A stretch of DNA of 64,000 nucleotides from Spirochaetota bacterium. Its GTDB lineage: Bacteria; Spirochaetota; UBA4802; UBA5550. The stretch is taken from NCBI GenBank assembly GCA_963663865.1, contig OY760686.1, forward strand, positions 704,001-768,000, in the 5' to 3' direction. A program made the position numbers and the translations under genes. Below the pieces are notes generated by a model that searched no databases, had not been told where the DNA came from, and worked only from the letters and a program-made list of their open reading frames with translations. Of the stretch, positions 29,944 through 39,739 are shown piece by piece; the stretch's first letter is position 1; each line of letters begins with the position of its first letter.

Positions 29944-30309
29944 TTCATATTTATGCTATAACAAATAATGATACTCTGTCGACAATGTTTACTCTCCCGG
30001 GATAATCATGCTATATAATGCGTGAGTAATGCTAAAAAAATATTTTTATTTACAAAACGGAATTGAACATGAGAAACCTTTCCGTTATGGATACTGATGA
30101 GGATAAAGCTAACTTTCTAAGAAATCCATGCTTGATCTGTTATAAGATATCTGGAACATAAGTTTTTAGAAATCTAAATCAAAGAAAAAACCTCAGTTTT
30201 TCAGAAAAAATCTTCTCATCTTAGCTTCAGTAAAACGTTTTAAGCGGTAGGCTGTTTATATTACAGTGAATAGAGCATTTAAAACAACAAAAAGCAAAAG
30301 GAGATTCAA

Positions 30310-30888
30310 ATGAGGATTTTAAAGGTATTGTTGATAATACCGCTTCTTGTGTCGTGCGTGGCTGGCATTCAGGTTAAGAAGGACAGTTTCAAGAACGCGC
30401 TTGTTGTAAGCATGGAGAAAGACCACGATGCCGATCTGGATGAGGGATTCGGAAGCATTGTATCAAGAGGGTCAAGGTACACAAGAGAGATTGCCAACGG
30501 CGTAAAGGGGCCCATTCACTACTACTTCAAGCTGTACACAAAACCAGACTTTGATGGCATCAAGGAGATTGCCTATATCTCTATTGACGGTAAGGTGTCA
30601 GAGGTCAAGCTCAGTGAGATAAGCTATTCACAGCAGACAGATTATTCAATGGTTGAAAAAAACAGCATTGTTATTGAGGGAAAGGAATCACATGAAGTCT
30701 CTGTTTCCCAGCTTAAGATAATCAGCTGCGGACTGACAATAAGCCCTGCACTTGAGAAGGAAATCCTAAACGCGAAAGAACTGAAATACAGGCTCTATTC
30801 CCTGAGCAACTCTGTAACTATCGAAGTCTCAGAAGGCGAGCTCGAGGACATCAAGAAGTTCATCGCGACCGAAAAAGAGGAAAGCTGA
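30310..30888 (+). CDS. Hypothetical lipoprotein
   Basis: RBS AGGAG, lipobox LLVSC, 192 aa. Confidence 0.7.
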   Translation: MRILKVLLIIPLLVSCVAGIQVKKDSFKNALVVSMEKDHDADLDEGFGSIVSRGSRYTREIANGVKGPIHYYFKLYTKPDFDGIKEIAYISIDGKVSEVKLSEISYSQQTDYSMVEKNSIVIEGKESHEVSVSQLKIISCGLTISPALEKEILNAKELKYRLYSLSNSVTIEVSEGELEDIKKFIATEKEES

Positions 30889-30945
30889 CAAACTGCCGCT
30901 CGTATAATCACAGAAAAAAAGACTCACCTGCACAATTAAACCTAT

Positions 30946-30978
30946 CATAGCGCCCCTTAATTATAAGGCGGCGCTATG
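30946..30978. terminator. Hairpin between convergent genes
   Basis: CATAGCGCC-CCTTA...TAAGG-C-GGCGCTATG. Confidence 0.55.
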
Positions 30979-30989
30979 TTAATGAATCT

Positions 30990-33197
30990 TTACCTCGTAT
31001 AGCTAAATATCCACTCGGCAGACTCTGTGCTGTTAAGCGCCTCGATGTAAAGAGTGGGATCTCCCATGAACGCGTCATATCGCAGATACAAAGCCGGATC
31101 AGCACTAGCGGCTGTGTAATTGCTGGTGATTGCCATATGGGCCTGTTCCGAGAAGCTGTTAAACGCGCTCCCGAGCTCCGCGAAGCATACGCCGGTCTTA
31201 TAGTCAGATATCGGCTGGAGAACAGTGGAAATACCTGAGGCAATAAGGTCGTTTGTGTAAGCATCATTAGCTCCGATTGAATACAGTGCGGTCACGTCTC
31301 CCGGACTGCTGAGCGCCATGGCAATGCCGGTGGAAGCGCCCAGGTCATAACCCATTACATAGACCCCTGCTGAGTCAACGCTGTAGTTTGCTTTTACATA
31401 ATCAATCAGCTCCAAAATCTGCTCAGCATAGAGAGGCGCGTCTCCCTTCCAGTTGGCCGCTAAAGCGCTTCGGTTCAAAGTAATATTGCCCGGCTGGGGA
31501 GCGAGAATAATCATATCGTCAAAGCCGTTAGAGCTAATCCACTCAGTGGCTATTTTGCTCGAGTCAACATTGCGTCTGGGATAGGACTCGCTGCTGAGAA
31601 TATCACCTGAGATTGAAACAAGCAGAGGGAAGGGCCCGCTTCCTGATGGGACTCTCAGAGAGTAGTAAAGCTGGTTGCTTGATTCAACCGTGACTGAGGA
31701 AGTGAAAAGATCATCATCGAATTCTTCCCTGACAAGTTCTCTGACATAAGATGACGCATCTGATGAAAACACTGTTCCCGTTGAGAGTATCTTTTGTCCC
31801 GAGGTATATGTGATATCAGAGGTCTGCGCCGATCCAACGAGCGGATATCCCTTAGTGTTGCTTAACGCGCCATTGTAATACGATATGTCACTGTATGCTG
31901 AAGGATCGAACTCTACGATGACGTATCTGCCTTCGGCGTAGCTGCCTGTCGGCAAAAGCTCAGGAGATGCCGCTGTATAGACCCTCAGATTTGTCGGAGT
32001 TATGTATGTCCACGCAGAATCCCAGAAGTGATAGGTGAAGCTGTAGCCGGTGTTTGATAAGGACCCGAAGTCAACAATATCCCGGTATTCAATAGCGGCA
32101 GCGACCACGGTGAGTCCATAGTCGAGCACCTTTGATATCGGAGTAACAGAAAGTATTTCAGTACTGTCGTAAACATCAGGCGGACCAATGTAGACGAAGT
32201 CGGCGTGGATTGAACAGTCTGAGTTGACAGTAAAGTAGACTGTGCTGTCCATCGAAGAAACACATCCCGAAAATGCCGAAAGGGCATAATAGGTCTCAGG
32301 GACGGCGTCAGCCTGGATCACTGTTCCCTCGGGTATGCTGTCTCCGCTCCTGACCGCGGCCATGGTCACCGTGTTCGTGAGCGAAATGGAACCACCGCTG
32401 CCTGACGTTGACGTTACAGTATAGCGTGGGGTCTCGTTAAATACAGCGCCGATAGTCATGTCATCGGTTATCGTTATGTTTAGAGGGTCAGAGGTCCCGG
32501 AAATATCGCCGGTCCATTCAGAGAATGCGTAACCGTAATTGGGCGACGCGTAAATGGTAACGCTGTCATTCAGAACATAAGGCCCCTGGGGATACATGTA
32601 TATATTTCCGGATGGATTTTCCTCGGCATTTATATACAGCGCTTCTGAAAATACAGCGCTAACAGTCTTGTTGGAGTTCATGGTTATGTTCATGGATGTG
32701 TATCTTCCGCTCAGGTCGCCGATCCATGAATCAAGAATGTAATCCGGGTCGGCTATTGCGGTAACAGTGACGATTTCTCCGTCAAGGTACTCTGCCTTGT
32801 GTGGACTGAGCTCAATCCTGCCGAAGTCCGGCTCGGTTACAGTCAGAGTGTAAGCCGTCGATGTCACCGGGCGGAATATGGCTCCAATATACTTGTCGGA
32901 ATCAAGCTCTAAAACCAGAGGAGATGTGCCTCCTACCGAATCGCCTATCCAGCTGCTGAAAACATATCCGTCTGCGGGGGTGGCTGATAGAACAAGCTGT
33001 GTTCCGGGCCGGTACATGCGGTTGCCGGATTCGGGACTTACTTCAACAGCTCCATTAACGCTATCCTCAAGATACAGCGTGTACTTTCCGGTTATCTCCG
33101 GAAGCGTTGAACCTGAATCGGAAACAGCGTCTTTACACGATACCGCGAACGAACACGCAAGGGCTATCAAGGCAGCAGTAAACATTTTCTTTGACAT
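30990..33197 (-). CDS. Lipoprotein: four InlB B-repeat-like domains + Ig-like domain + alpha/beta-hydrolase-like domain (atypical nucleophile)
   Basis: Lipobox AVSC; four ~70-aa repeats (YTL...G....P...Y..G..V...A.P..GY.F..W.GD......I.AVF); EstA-like KVLDYGLTVVAAAIEY; PLLV, ILAPQ, YSVD...VYVMGYDLG. Confidence 0.7.
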   Translation of the reverse strand: MSKKMFTAALIALACSFAVSCKDAVSDSGSTLPEITGKYTLYLEDSVNGAVEVSPESGNRMYRPGTQLVLSATPADGYVFSSWIGDSVGGTSPLVLELDSDKYIGAIFRPVTSTAYTLTVTEPDFGRIELSPHKAEYLDGEIVTVTAIADPDYILDSWIGDLSGRYTSMNITMNSNKTVSAVFSEALYINAEENPSGNIYMYPQGPYVLNDSVTIYASPNYGYAFSEWTGDISGTSDPLNITITDDMTIGAVFNETPRYTVTSTSGSGGSISLTNTVTMAAVRSGDSIPEGTVIQADAVPETYYALSAFSGCVSSMDSTVYFTVNSDCSIHADFVYIGPPDVYDSTEILSVTPISKVLDYGLTVVAAAIEYRDIVDFGSLSNTGYSFTYHFWDSAWTYITPTNLRVYTAASPELLPTGSYAEGRYVIVEFDPSAYSDISYYNGALSNTKGYPLVGSAQTSDITYTSGQKILSTGTVFSSDASSYVRELVREEFDDDLFTSSVTVESSNQLYYSLRVPSGSGPFPLLVSISGDILSSESYPRRNVDSSKIATEWISSNGFDDMIILAPQPGNITLNRSALAANWKGDAPLYAEQILELIDYVKANYSVDSAGVYVMGYDLGASTGIAMALSSPGDVTALYSIGANDAYTNDLIASGISTVLQPISDYKTGVCFAELGSAFNSFSEQAHMAITSNYTAASADPALYLRYDAFMGDPTLYIEALNSTESAEWIFSYTR

Positions 33198-33406
33198 GAA
33201 ATCATCCTGTCATTATGGGATGTAGCTATTATACAAAAAATCGGCACAATCGTCATTATGATTATAAAATAATTCATTTTTAGTCAGCTTCTGCTGTTAG
33301 CAGATTTTTTTGCGGGGGGATGATGACCGTTACAATCAGGATAAATGCGTTGACATGTGAACTCTCTGCGGTTTCTGAACTTATCAAGAAACGAGGTACT
33401 GGACTC

Positions 33407-34282
33407 ATGACGATTACTATAGGCACAACAGAAAATAACCTGCTTCTCAAAAGGGCGAAATACGCCGCCTCACAGCTTGAGGATAGCAGGGTTGAAGTAA
33501 TAGAATCACCTTCGGATATCGGGCATAATGATCTTCAACCGCTTTCTGAAGTCAATTTCCTGAGGAAACAGCTGCACGGAGGTGCCTTCGATGTGGCAGC
33601 CGTCCCTGTGAATATGCTTCCTGTTGATGAACTGCCGGGCCTCGTCATCGGGGCGGTTCTGAAGCGGGAGGACCCCGCGGATATGCTTGTTATCAGAAAG
33701 GACAGACTGGCCATTGACGGGCCGTTTCGTCTGCTTGATGGCGCAGCTGTCTGTACGTGCTCACGGAGGTGCGCTGCCCAGCTGAGGTTCAACCGCCCCG
33801 ATGTCGAGGCCGTTATTGCTGAAGCTGGTATTGCCGAAAGGTTTGAGCGGCTGCGTGCGGGAGAGTATGACGCGCTTATGCTGCCTGTGTCAGATGCCTC
33901 TATCTTTGAGATCGACTACAGCGGTCTTGAGCAGGTCCGCCTGGACCCGTTCATGTTTCCGCCGTCGCCGGGGCAGGGAGCGGTTGCTCTTCTGGTGAAG
34001 TACTTCGACCGGGCGCTGCTGAGGAGGCTGCTGCCGGCAATCAACGCGGAAGCCACCGCACAGGTTTCAGCGGAAAGGGCATTTCTGCAGGAGTTGGGCG
34101 CCGGCTGCGCCGCCGAAGCGGGAGCTTATGCGGTTTTGAACTCAGAGGGATTAACGATAACCGGAATGCTGACGCTCCCGGACGGAAGCACGGCGCTTCA
34201 TGAATCGGTAACAGGCTCACATCCTTCAGATACGGGACGCGGGCTGGCAGTCATGATGAAGCAGAGAGCGGACTTTCTGTAA
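33407..34282 (+). CDS. hemC: Hydroxymethylbilane synthase (HemC)-like protein with degenerate active site
   Basis: REDPAD, PSPGQGAVAL, AERAFLQELGAGC retained; HSxKD, the N-terminal Arg and RGN motifs are replaced. Confidence 0.75.
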   Translation: MTITIGTTENNLLLKRAKYAASQLEDSRVEVIESPSDIGHNDLQPLSEVNFLRKQLHGGAFDVAAVPVNMLPVDELPGLVIGAVLKREDPADMLVIRKDRLAIDGPFRLLDGAAVCTCSRRCAAQLRFNRPDVEAVIAEAGIAERFERLRAGEYDALMLPVSDASIFEIDYSGLEQVRLDPFMFPPSPGQGAVALLVKYFDRALLRRLLPAINAEATAQVSAERAFLQELGAGCAAEAGAYAVLNSEGLTITGMLTLPDGSTALHESVTGSHPSDTGRGLAVMMKQRADFL

Positions 34283-34321
34283 CAAGCTGCTTGAGCGCAT
34301 TCTGTGAAATACTGAACGGAC

Positions 34322-35473
34322 TTATTTGCCGCTTCTTCGCCTGCGCAGTTCCCTTGGTGTTGTTTTGAACTCTGCCCTGAAGGCCCTGTTGAATGTGCTG
34401 ATGTTGTCGAAGCCGACCTCAAGAGCTATATGGGTTATTGTGCTGTCTGTTTCATCCAGCAGTTTTTTTGCTTCGGTAATCCGCAGGCGGTTGATGTACT
34501 CGTTGAGCTTATAGCCCGTGTGATGCTTGAAATATCTTCCGAAGTTGTCGGCGTTCAGACCGATATGCGACGCGAGCCCCTCCCGTGATATGTTGCGGGA
34601 GTAGTTTTCTTTGATGTACTCAATGGCCAGATTGATTTTTGTTTCTGTTGCTGTTGATATCTGTACAGAGTTACGGATGTTTCTGTCGCGTGATTTCAAA
34701 AGGATCCAGTTGAGCGTGATTAGCATCAGGACAAAAAGCAGAGAGTCTGCAGCGGCGGTGATGTAGAATCTGAATTTTGCTGCTAAGGTTTCATAGTCAG
34801 ACAAAACCAGATTTACGTAACCTGTGAGCCTTCCTTCGTACCTGATTTCCCGCGTTACCTTGCCGGCTTCTTTTACCGGCATAATGTAATCTCTGGTTTT
34901 TTTTGCTACAGGAGTTCCTTTTTCGGTTGTGATCTCAATGCTGCTTATGGATCTGTCGTTGAAAAATACCGATATGTTGTTTCTGATCTCATCGATATTA
35001 AAAAGCCAGAGGGCCATGGAGTTCTCAGAGGCGATTGAGTCAGCCAGCGAGACAGCCTTCTCCAGAAGAATCGTGTCAGGCACTGTGATTTCGAAATCAA
35101 ATCCGACTGTATGAAGGGCGCCTATTCTGGAGCTGACGGCTATATGTGGAGTGTTTTCTGAAAAGTCTCCCTGCTGGAAGACCGTGTTGCCCGCAATATC
35201 CGAGATCCTTATTGATAATATCTCCCCATTGTGGATATATGGGTGAGAGGCTTCTTTGAAAAAATCGGGTGAGGAGTGGTTCAGCTCAATATTTGCGCTC
35301 AGAGATATTGTAAGGTTTCTTAATACCCTTTGTGCGTCCTTTCTCAGCGGTTCCGAGGCTGACTGGATATCCCTGTAGCTTCTGTAAATAATCAACCCTG
35401 AAGGCAGGCTGTAAAGCAGCGTGAAAAGCAATAATACGTAAATCCTTTTTGCTTTAAATGATACTGTCATCAT
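34322..35473 (-). CDS. Two-TM periplasmic-sensor AraC regulator (module 1)
   Basis: N-terminal TM, ~200-aa extracytoplasmic region, second TM, AraC HTH (FGRYFK, INRLRI, IALEVGFDNISTFNRAF). Confidence 0.88.
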   Translation of the reverse strand: MMTVSFKAKRIYVLLLFTLLYSLPSGLIIYRSYRDIQSASEPLRKDAQRVLRNLTISLSANIELNHSSPDFFKEASHPYIHNGEILSIRISDIAGNTVFQQGDFSENTPHIAVSSRIGALHTVGFDFEITVPDTILLEKAVSLADSIASENSMALWLFNIDEIRNNISVFFNDRSISSIEITTEKGTPVAKKTRDYIMPVKEAGKVTREIRYEGRLTGYVNLVLSDYETLAAKFRFYITAAADSLLFVLMLITLNWILLKSRDRNIRNSVQISTATETKINLAIEYIKENYSRNISREGLASHIGLNADNFGRYFKHHTGYKLNEYINRLRITEAKKLLDETDSTITHIALEVGFDNISTFNRAFRAEFKTTPRELRRRRSGK

Positions 35474-36663
35474 TCCCTGTTCCGATAATTGTTGAGATCA
35501 GCGCCTTTTTTTTGCCCTGTTTGTGAAATAAAGGTTCTGGAATCAAAGCTGTATGATTTCATTTCAGGATTATGCGTCCTAGTCATAAAAGGTATAATTC
35601 TTCTCAGGTTTTCAGTGTCGTGAACCGCTGTGGCATCTTTATCATCCTGAGTCAGCACAGACATTTTTGTCCGAAATGATACTCCCTCAGAGCTGAAATC
35701 TTTTCCATTAAGAAAGTCGTAAAGCAGTATGATTGCCCTTGCTCCATCGTAGCAGTGACCGCCGGCGGTGGCGTGTATCTCTCCGTTTTGCATCGAATGT
35801 ATCGCCCATGGGGACCAGTCAATACCTCCGATTATCAACTTGCCGATGCCCTTGTCAGTTTTTTTAAGAGCTTCAACAACTCCCTTTGCTATTGAATCTG
35901 AGGAACACCAGACGATGTCGGCATCAGGATATCTGTCATTAAATATCAGGGCCGCCTTTTCCGAGGCGGTTGCCGGGTTGTAATGACGCACTGGAAATAT
36001 CTGCTGAATGATAGAGTTGCCGTCTTCCATGACGGCCTTTTTCAGGCCTTCGATTCGAGTCAGTGATGCTGGATCGTACAGGCTGGCAGAAAGACCGACT
36101 ATTTTGAGTTTGCCTTTCTTCTCTTTTCTGGCCTGTCTGATAAGTTCCGATGCCAGCAAGTAGCCGCTGGAGCTGTCGTCGGGTATAACCTGTCCAATAT
36201 AGTATGGTGTTTCGCCCGGTTTTCCAATGCCGTCCATTGTATTGTGAAAGCTTATCAGCGGGATATTATTGTTCAGTACATGTCTGATAAGAAATCTGCT
36301 CATCCTGCTCAATGTTTGAGCTTTTAGACCAAAAGGGAGTATGAGAATTCCATCGGGTCTGCTTGTTTTGATTTTGTCTTCTATCTCTCTTGTGGTTTCA
36401 GGATCGTCAAAATTGTACACAATCTCATCAAGCCGGATATCAAGGGCGGATGCGGCTGTTTTGGTGTAGTCTATGAGTTTGTAAGTAAAGAACGGCCCCA
36501 GGGGGTTCATCCTTGACAGACTGCTGACCATCAGCAGTACCCTGAAGCGACCGTTCCCGGTATTAGCATGGTCCTTTTCTCCTTCCGGGGCTTTTTTACA
36601 GGCAGCAGCCAGAAAAACAGAAACGGATAATAAAGCGGCTACTATTCTACGGCTATTTCTCAT
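35470..36663 (-). CDS. Periplasmic sugar-binding-like lipoprotein (type I PBP), module 1
   Basis: Lipobox LAAAC; YIGQVIPDD..GY.LA..LI, R..GL, IVWCSSD, GGIDW, TAGGH; ATGA overlap with the AraC start. Confidence 0.82.
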   Translation of the reverse strand: MRNSRRIVAALLSVSVFLAAACKKAPEGEKDHANTGNGRFRVLLMVSSLSRMNPLGPFFTYKLIDYTKTAASALDIRLDEIVYNFDDPETTREIEDKIKTSRPDGILILPFGLKAQTLSRMSRFLIRHVLNNNIPLISFHNTMDGIGKPGETPYYIGQVIPDDSSSGYLLASELIRQARKEKKGKLKIVGLSASLYDPASLTRIEGLKKAVMEDGNSIIQQIFPVRHYNPATASEKAALIFNDRYPDADIVWCSSDSIAKGVVEALKKTDKGIGKLIIGGIDWSPWAIHSMQNGEIHATAGGHCYDGARAIILLYDFLNGKDFSSEGVSFRTKMSVLTQDDKDATAVHDTENLRRIIPFMTRTHNPEMKSYSFDSRTFISQTGQKKGADLNNYRNRE

Positions 36664-37185
36664 ATTCCCATACTTCTAAAACACCCTGTCAACGATGTCA
36701 ATTCACATTCCCCTCTTCGATATTTTAGAAAACTCGGCGGGACGGCTTTAAAGCACAGAACAGCCCCCCGTCAATGCCGGGAGATGCGGCAACCCTGGAA
36801 AACTCAAGAGGTTAGAGTTTTTCACGAGAGATTGTCTTGAACATGGATTCGCCAGTCCTGATGAGCACAGGATAATAGCAGTTGAGAATCTCATGTCAAA
36901 CAATAATATTCTTATCTCGTTATTGAGAACGGTAAATATCTTGCGCAAGAATTTCATTATAATGGAAAACTTGCCTGCAATACTATCATTTGTAAACAGC
37001 TCAAAGCTCCGTATATAAAGGGCTCAATCAGAGGTACAGAAGCCTCTGATCATTCGGATTAGAGGCCGTGTTTTGGAGGAATTCACTCGGATGAGAGGTT
37101 GACTCAAATCGCTCTTTCCGTTTGATTCCCGAAATACTCTCTCAGTTCAGAATAACATTCAAACAAATTTAGGAGGATGGATTTT

Positions 37186-39309
37186 ATGAGAAAAATTCCA
37201 TTAACGCTGTTTGTTGCCCTTTTCTCAGCATTTAGCTTTTTTGCCTGTGGAGATGAGGTAACGAAGAACTATTACCAGTCATCGGATGATGTTGACGATA
37301 CAGCGGATTATGACCCTTACGTGTCACCTGTTTACGAGGAAAGCAACCCGCCGGCCATTCAGAACCGTGTGCACACGCCAATAACAGACGACGGGCTTAC
37401 GTTTAACGATGCCAGCGGCGACGGTGAACTGCAGCCATATGAGGACTGGAGGCTTTCACCGGCTGATCGTGCCGCGGACCTTGTAGCGAGGCTCGATTTG
37501 CCCATGAAGCTGGGAATGCTGAGTTCTCCGGGGCACTCGGCGGTTACTGCCGACGGAAGTCTCTCGGAGACTGATGCCGACTACATATCGATCACGCAGG
37601 ATAATCTCAGATACGGCCTGATACGGATGAGCGGAAAGGTTACGAATGTCGCGAAGTATCATTCAAATATTCAGCAGCTGTGTCAAAGCCTTCCCTGGGG
37701 AATCCCATACATTGTGAGCGCTGACCAGTCACATGGTGGAGCTTATTATTATACTCAGGGAACATATTTTTCCCTCTGGCCGACGCATCTTGCTTTTTCG
37801 GCTATGAACGATCCTGAGACTACACGGAAATACGCTGAGATAATCAGAGAGGAGTACAGAGCTGTCGGTATCAATATGTCGCTCTATCCTACACTTGACG
37901 TGGCTACAGAGCCGAGGTGGGGAAGGGTCAGGGAGTCCTTCGGCTCAAGCTTTGACCTGACAGCCATTCACGGCGTGGAGTTCATAAAGGGGCTTCAGGG
38001 CGGTGACCGACTTGTTCCAGGAGGCGTTATCACCTGCGTTAAGCACTTCGTGGGATACGGAGCAAGCCAGGACGGCTATGATGGACACTATTTCATGGGG
38101 AACCGGGCCGTATTTCCCGGCGATAACTTTGATGCGCATAAAATACCATTTGAGGCGGCTTTCAGAAAGGCAAACGCTGCGGCGTGTATGCCGTGCTACC
38201 CTATACTTGAAGGGCAGACCGATGAAGAGGTCTCAGCAGGTTTCAGCAGGGAGCTGCTGACCGATGTCGCGAGAGGAGAGCTCGGTTTTACCGGTTTCTT
38301 CACCGCGGATTGGGGAATATACAATAGTGAGTCTGGTTTCGGAACAGAGGGAATGAGCGTTACTCAGAGAGTTGCCAAGTCAATGAATGCCGGGATGGAC
38401 CAGCTTGGAAACGCCGTCTTTGCCTCTAATGTAATGGAGGCCCTTGCGCTGGGCGATTTGACAGAGGAGAGGATAAACCTTTCGGTGGAACGTATATTCA
38501 AAGCCATGTTCGCGGCCGGGCTTTTCGAAGACCCGTATCCGGTTACACCCGAGTCGGACACTGTATTCATCGCCAGAAGCTCCGAGCACTGGACGACTGC
38601 CCTTGATGTAATGCGAAAATCCTTCGTCCTGCTTGAGAACGGTACTTATGACTCTCCGGTTCTCCCGGCTCAGACTGGTCAGAAGATTTACTTTAAAGGG
38701 ATTGTCCAGGACGGAACAAGTGCGAACATTATCGATCAGGTTGAGGATATGCTTGGAGCGACGCTTGTTACGAATGTTGAAGAAGCCGATGTGGCAATAA
38801 TTAGGATAACCGGGCCTTCATATTCATGGTATCCTGGCCGTGACGGAAATCAGTACTATTATCCTTCAAGCGGGTCGTTGAAGTTCTTCGACGAAGAGGC
38901 TGACAGTGATTACGGTGTGAGCGGTGTATCGTTTACTGACAGGGACGGTACGGTTTATCCCAACGCTGAGGTTTCATCGAACTACGACAGCACTATCGGC
39001 CGGGTTTACGCGGCAAGAGACGCCATAGAGGCGGCTGGAAGCTCGACTAAGCTGGTTGTTGTCCTGACATTCAGCAAGGCCTGGATTGTTGAAGAGATAC
39101 TTCCAGAGGCTGATGCTATAATAGGAGACTTCGGCTCATCTGACGAAGCGCTTCTTGATGTATGCTTCAAGGCAAACGGCGCTGAATTTACCGCCGGGCT
39201 TCCTTTTGCTATATCAAGGTCCAATAAGGCCATTGAAATCCAGTACGAAGATCTCTCAGACGATGATAATGATCCACGCTATAAAAGGGGATACGGCCTG
39301 ACTTACTGA
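37186..39309 (+). CDS. GH3 glycoside hydrolase lipoprotein (paralog 3 of the YEDWRL type)
   Basis: Lipobox FFAC, FNDASGDGELQPYEDWRL, DVATEPRWGRVRESFG, KHF, MPCY, ADWG, GLFEDPY; alternative ATG at 37177. Confidence 0.92.
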   Translation: MRKIPLTLFVALFSAFSFFACGDEVTKNYYQSSDDVDDTADYDPYVSPVYEESNPPAIQNRVHTPITDDGLTFNDASGDGELQPYEDWRLSPADRAADLVARLDLPMKLGMLSSPGHSAVTADGSLSETDADYISITQDNLRYGLIRMSGKVTNVAKYHSNIQQLCQSLPWGIPYIVSADQSHGGAYYYTQGTYFSLWPTHLAFSAMNDPETTRKYAEIIREEYRAVGINMSLYPTLDVATEPRWGRVRESFGSSFDLTAIHGVEFIKGLQGGDRLVPGGVITCVKHFVGYGASQDGYDGHYFMGNRAVFPGDNFDAHKIPFEAAFRKANAAACMPCYPILEGQTDEEVSAGFSRELLTDVARGELGFTGFFTADWGIYNSESGFGTEGMSVTQRVAKSMNAGMDQLGNAVFASNVMEALALGDLTEERINLSVERIFKAMFAAGLFEDPYPVTPESDTVFIARSSEHWTTALDVMRKSFVLLENGTYDSPVLPAQTGQKIYFKGIVQDGTSANIIDQVEDMLGATLVTNVEEADVAIIRITGPSYSWYPGRDGNQYYYPSSGSLKFFDEEADSDYGVSGVSFTDRDGTVYPNAEVSSNYDSTIGRVYAARDAIEAAGSSTKLVVVLTFSKAWIVEEILPEADAIIGDFGSSDEALLDVCFKANGAEFTAGLPFAISRSNKAIEIQYEDLSDDDNDPRYKRGYGLTY

Positions 39310-39352
39310 CAATTTCTCTTTTTCTTAATATAATGCAGGTGTTGAATTGTGT

Positions 39353-39383
39353 AAGGCGGCTGTCCCGACAGGGCGGCCGCTTT
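39353..39383 (+). terminator. Putative terminator after GH3
   Basis: AAGGCGGCTGTCC-CGACA-GGGCGGCCGCTTT. Confidence 0.55.
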
Positions 39384-39739
39384 CGCGAATTGCTGCTTTT
39401 CCACGGGGCATGTTCGCCGGCATTAATATATTTTGTTTCGTTCTAAAACAACTTATCACCTGAGTTTATGTAGCTGACAATGACAGCTCAGTGATTCCTT
39501 GTGTTCATATCCCCCCATATAATAAAGCTAATAAAAATCATATAAGCAGGTGACGGACTAGAACCCGTAAATTCAGGGCTGGTGCGATGGCATGAATTGT
39601 GTACAAAATATTAATACGGCTGACGATTTAAGATTTGACTGGATTTATATCGTTTGTAAAAATTAGTATATAGATACATTAATATATACTCATTGCCGCT
39701 GATATCCTGCCGGTGCCGGGCAATGAAGCGGAGCAGACT

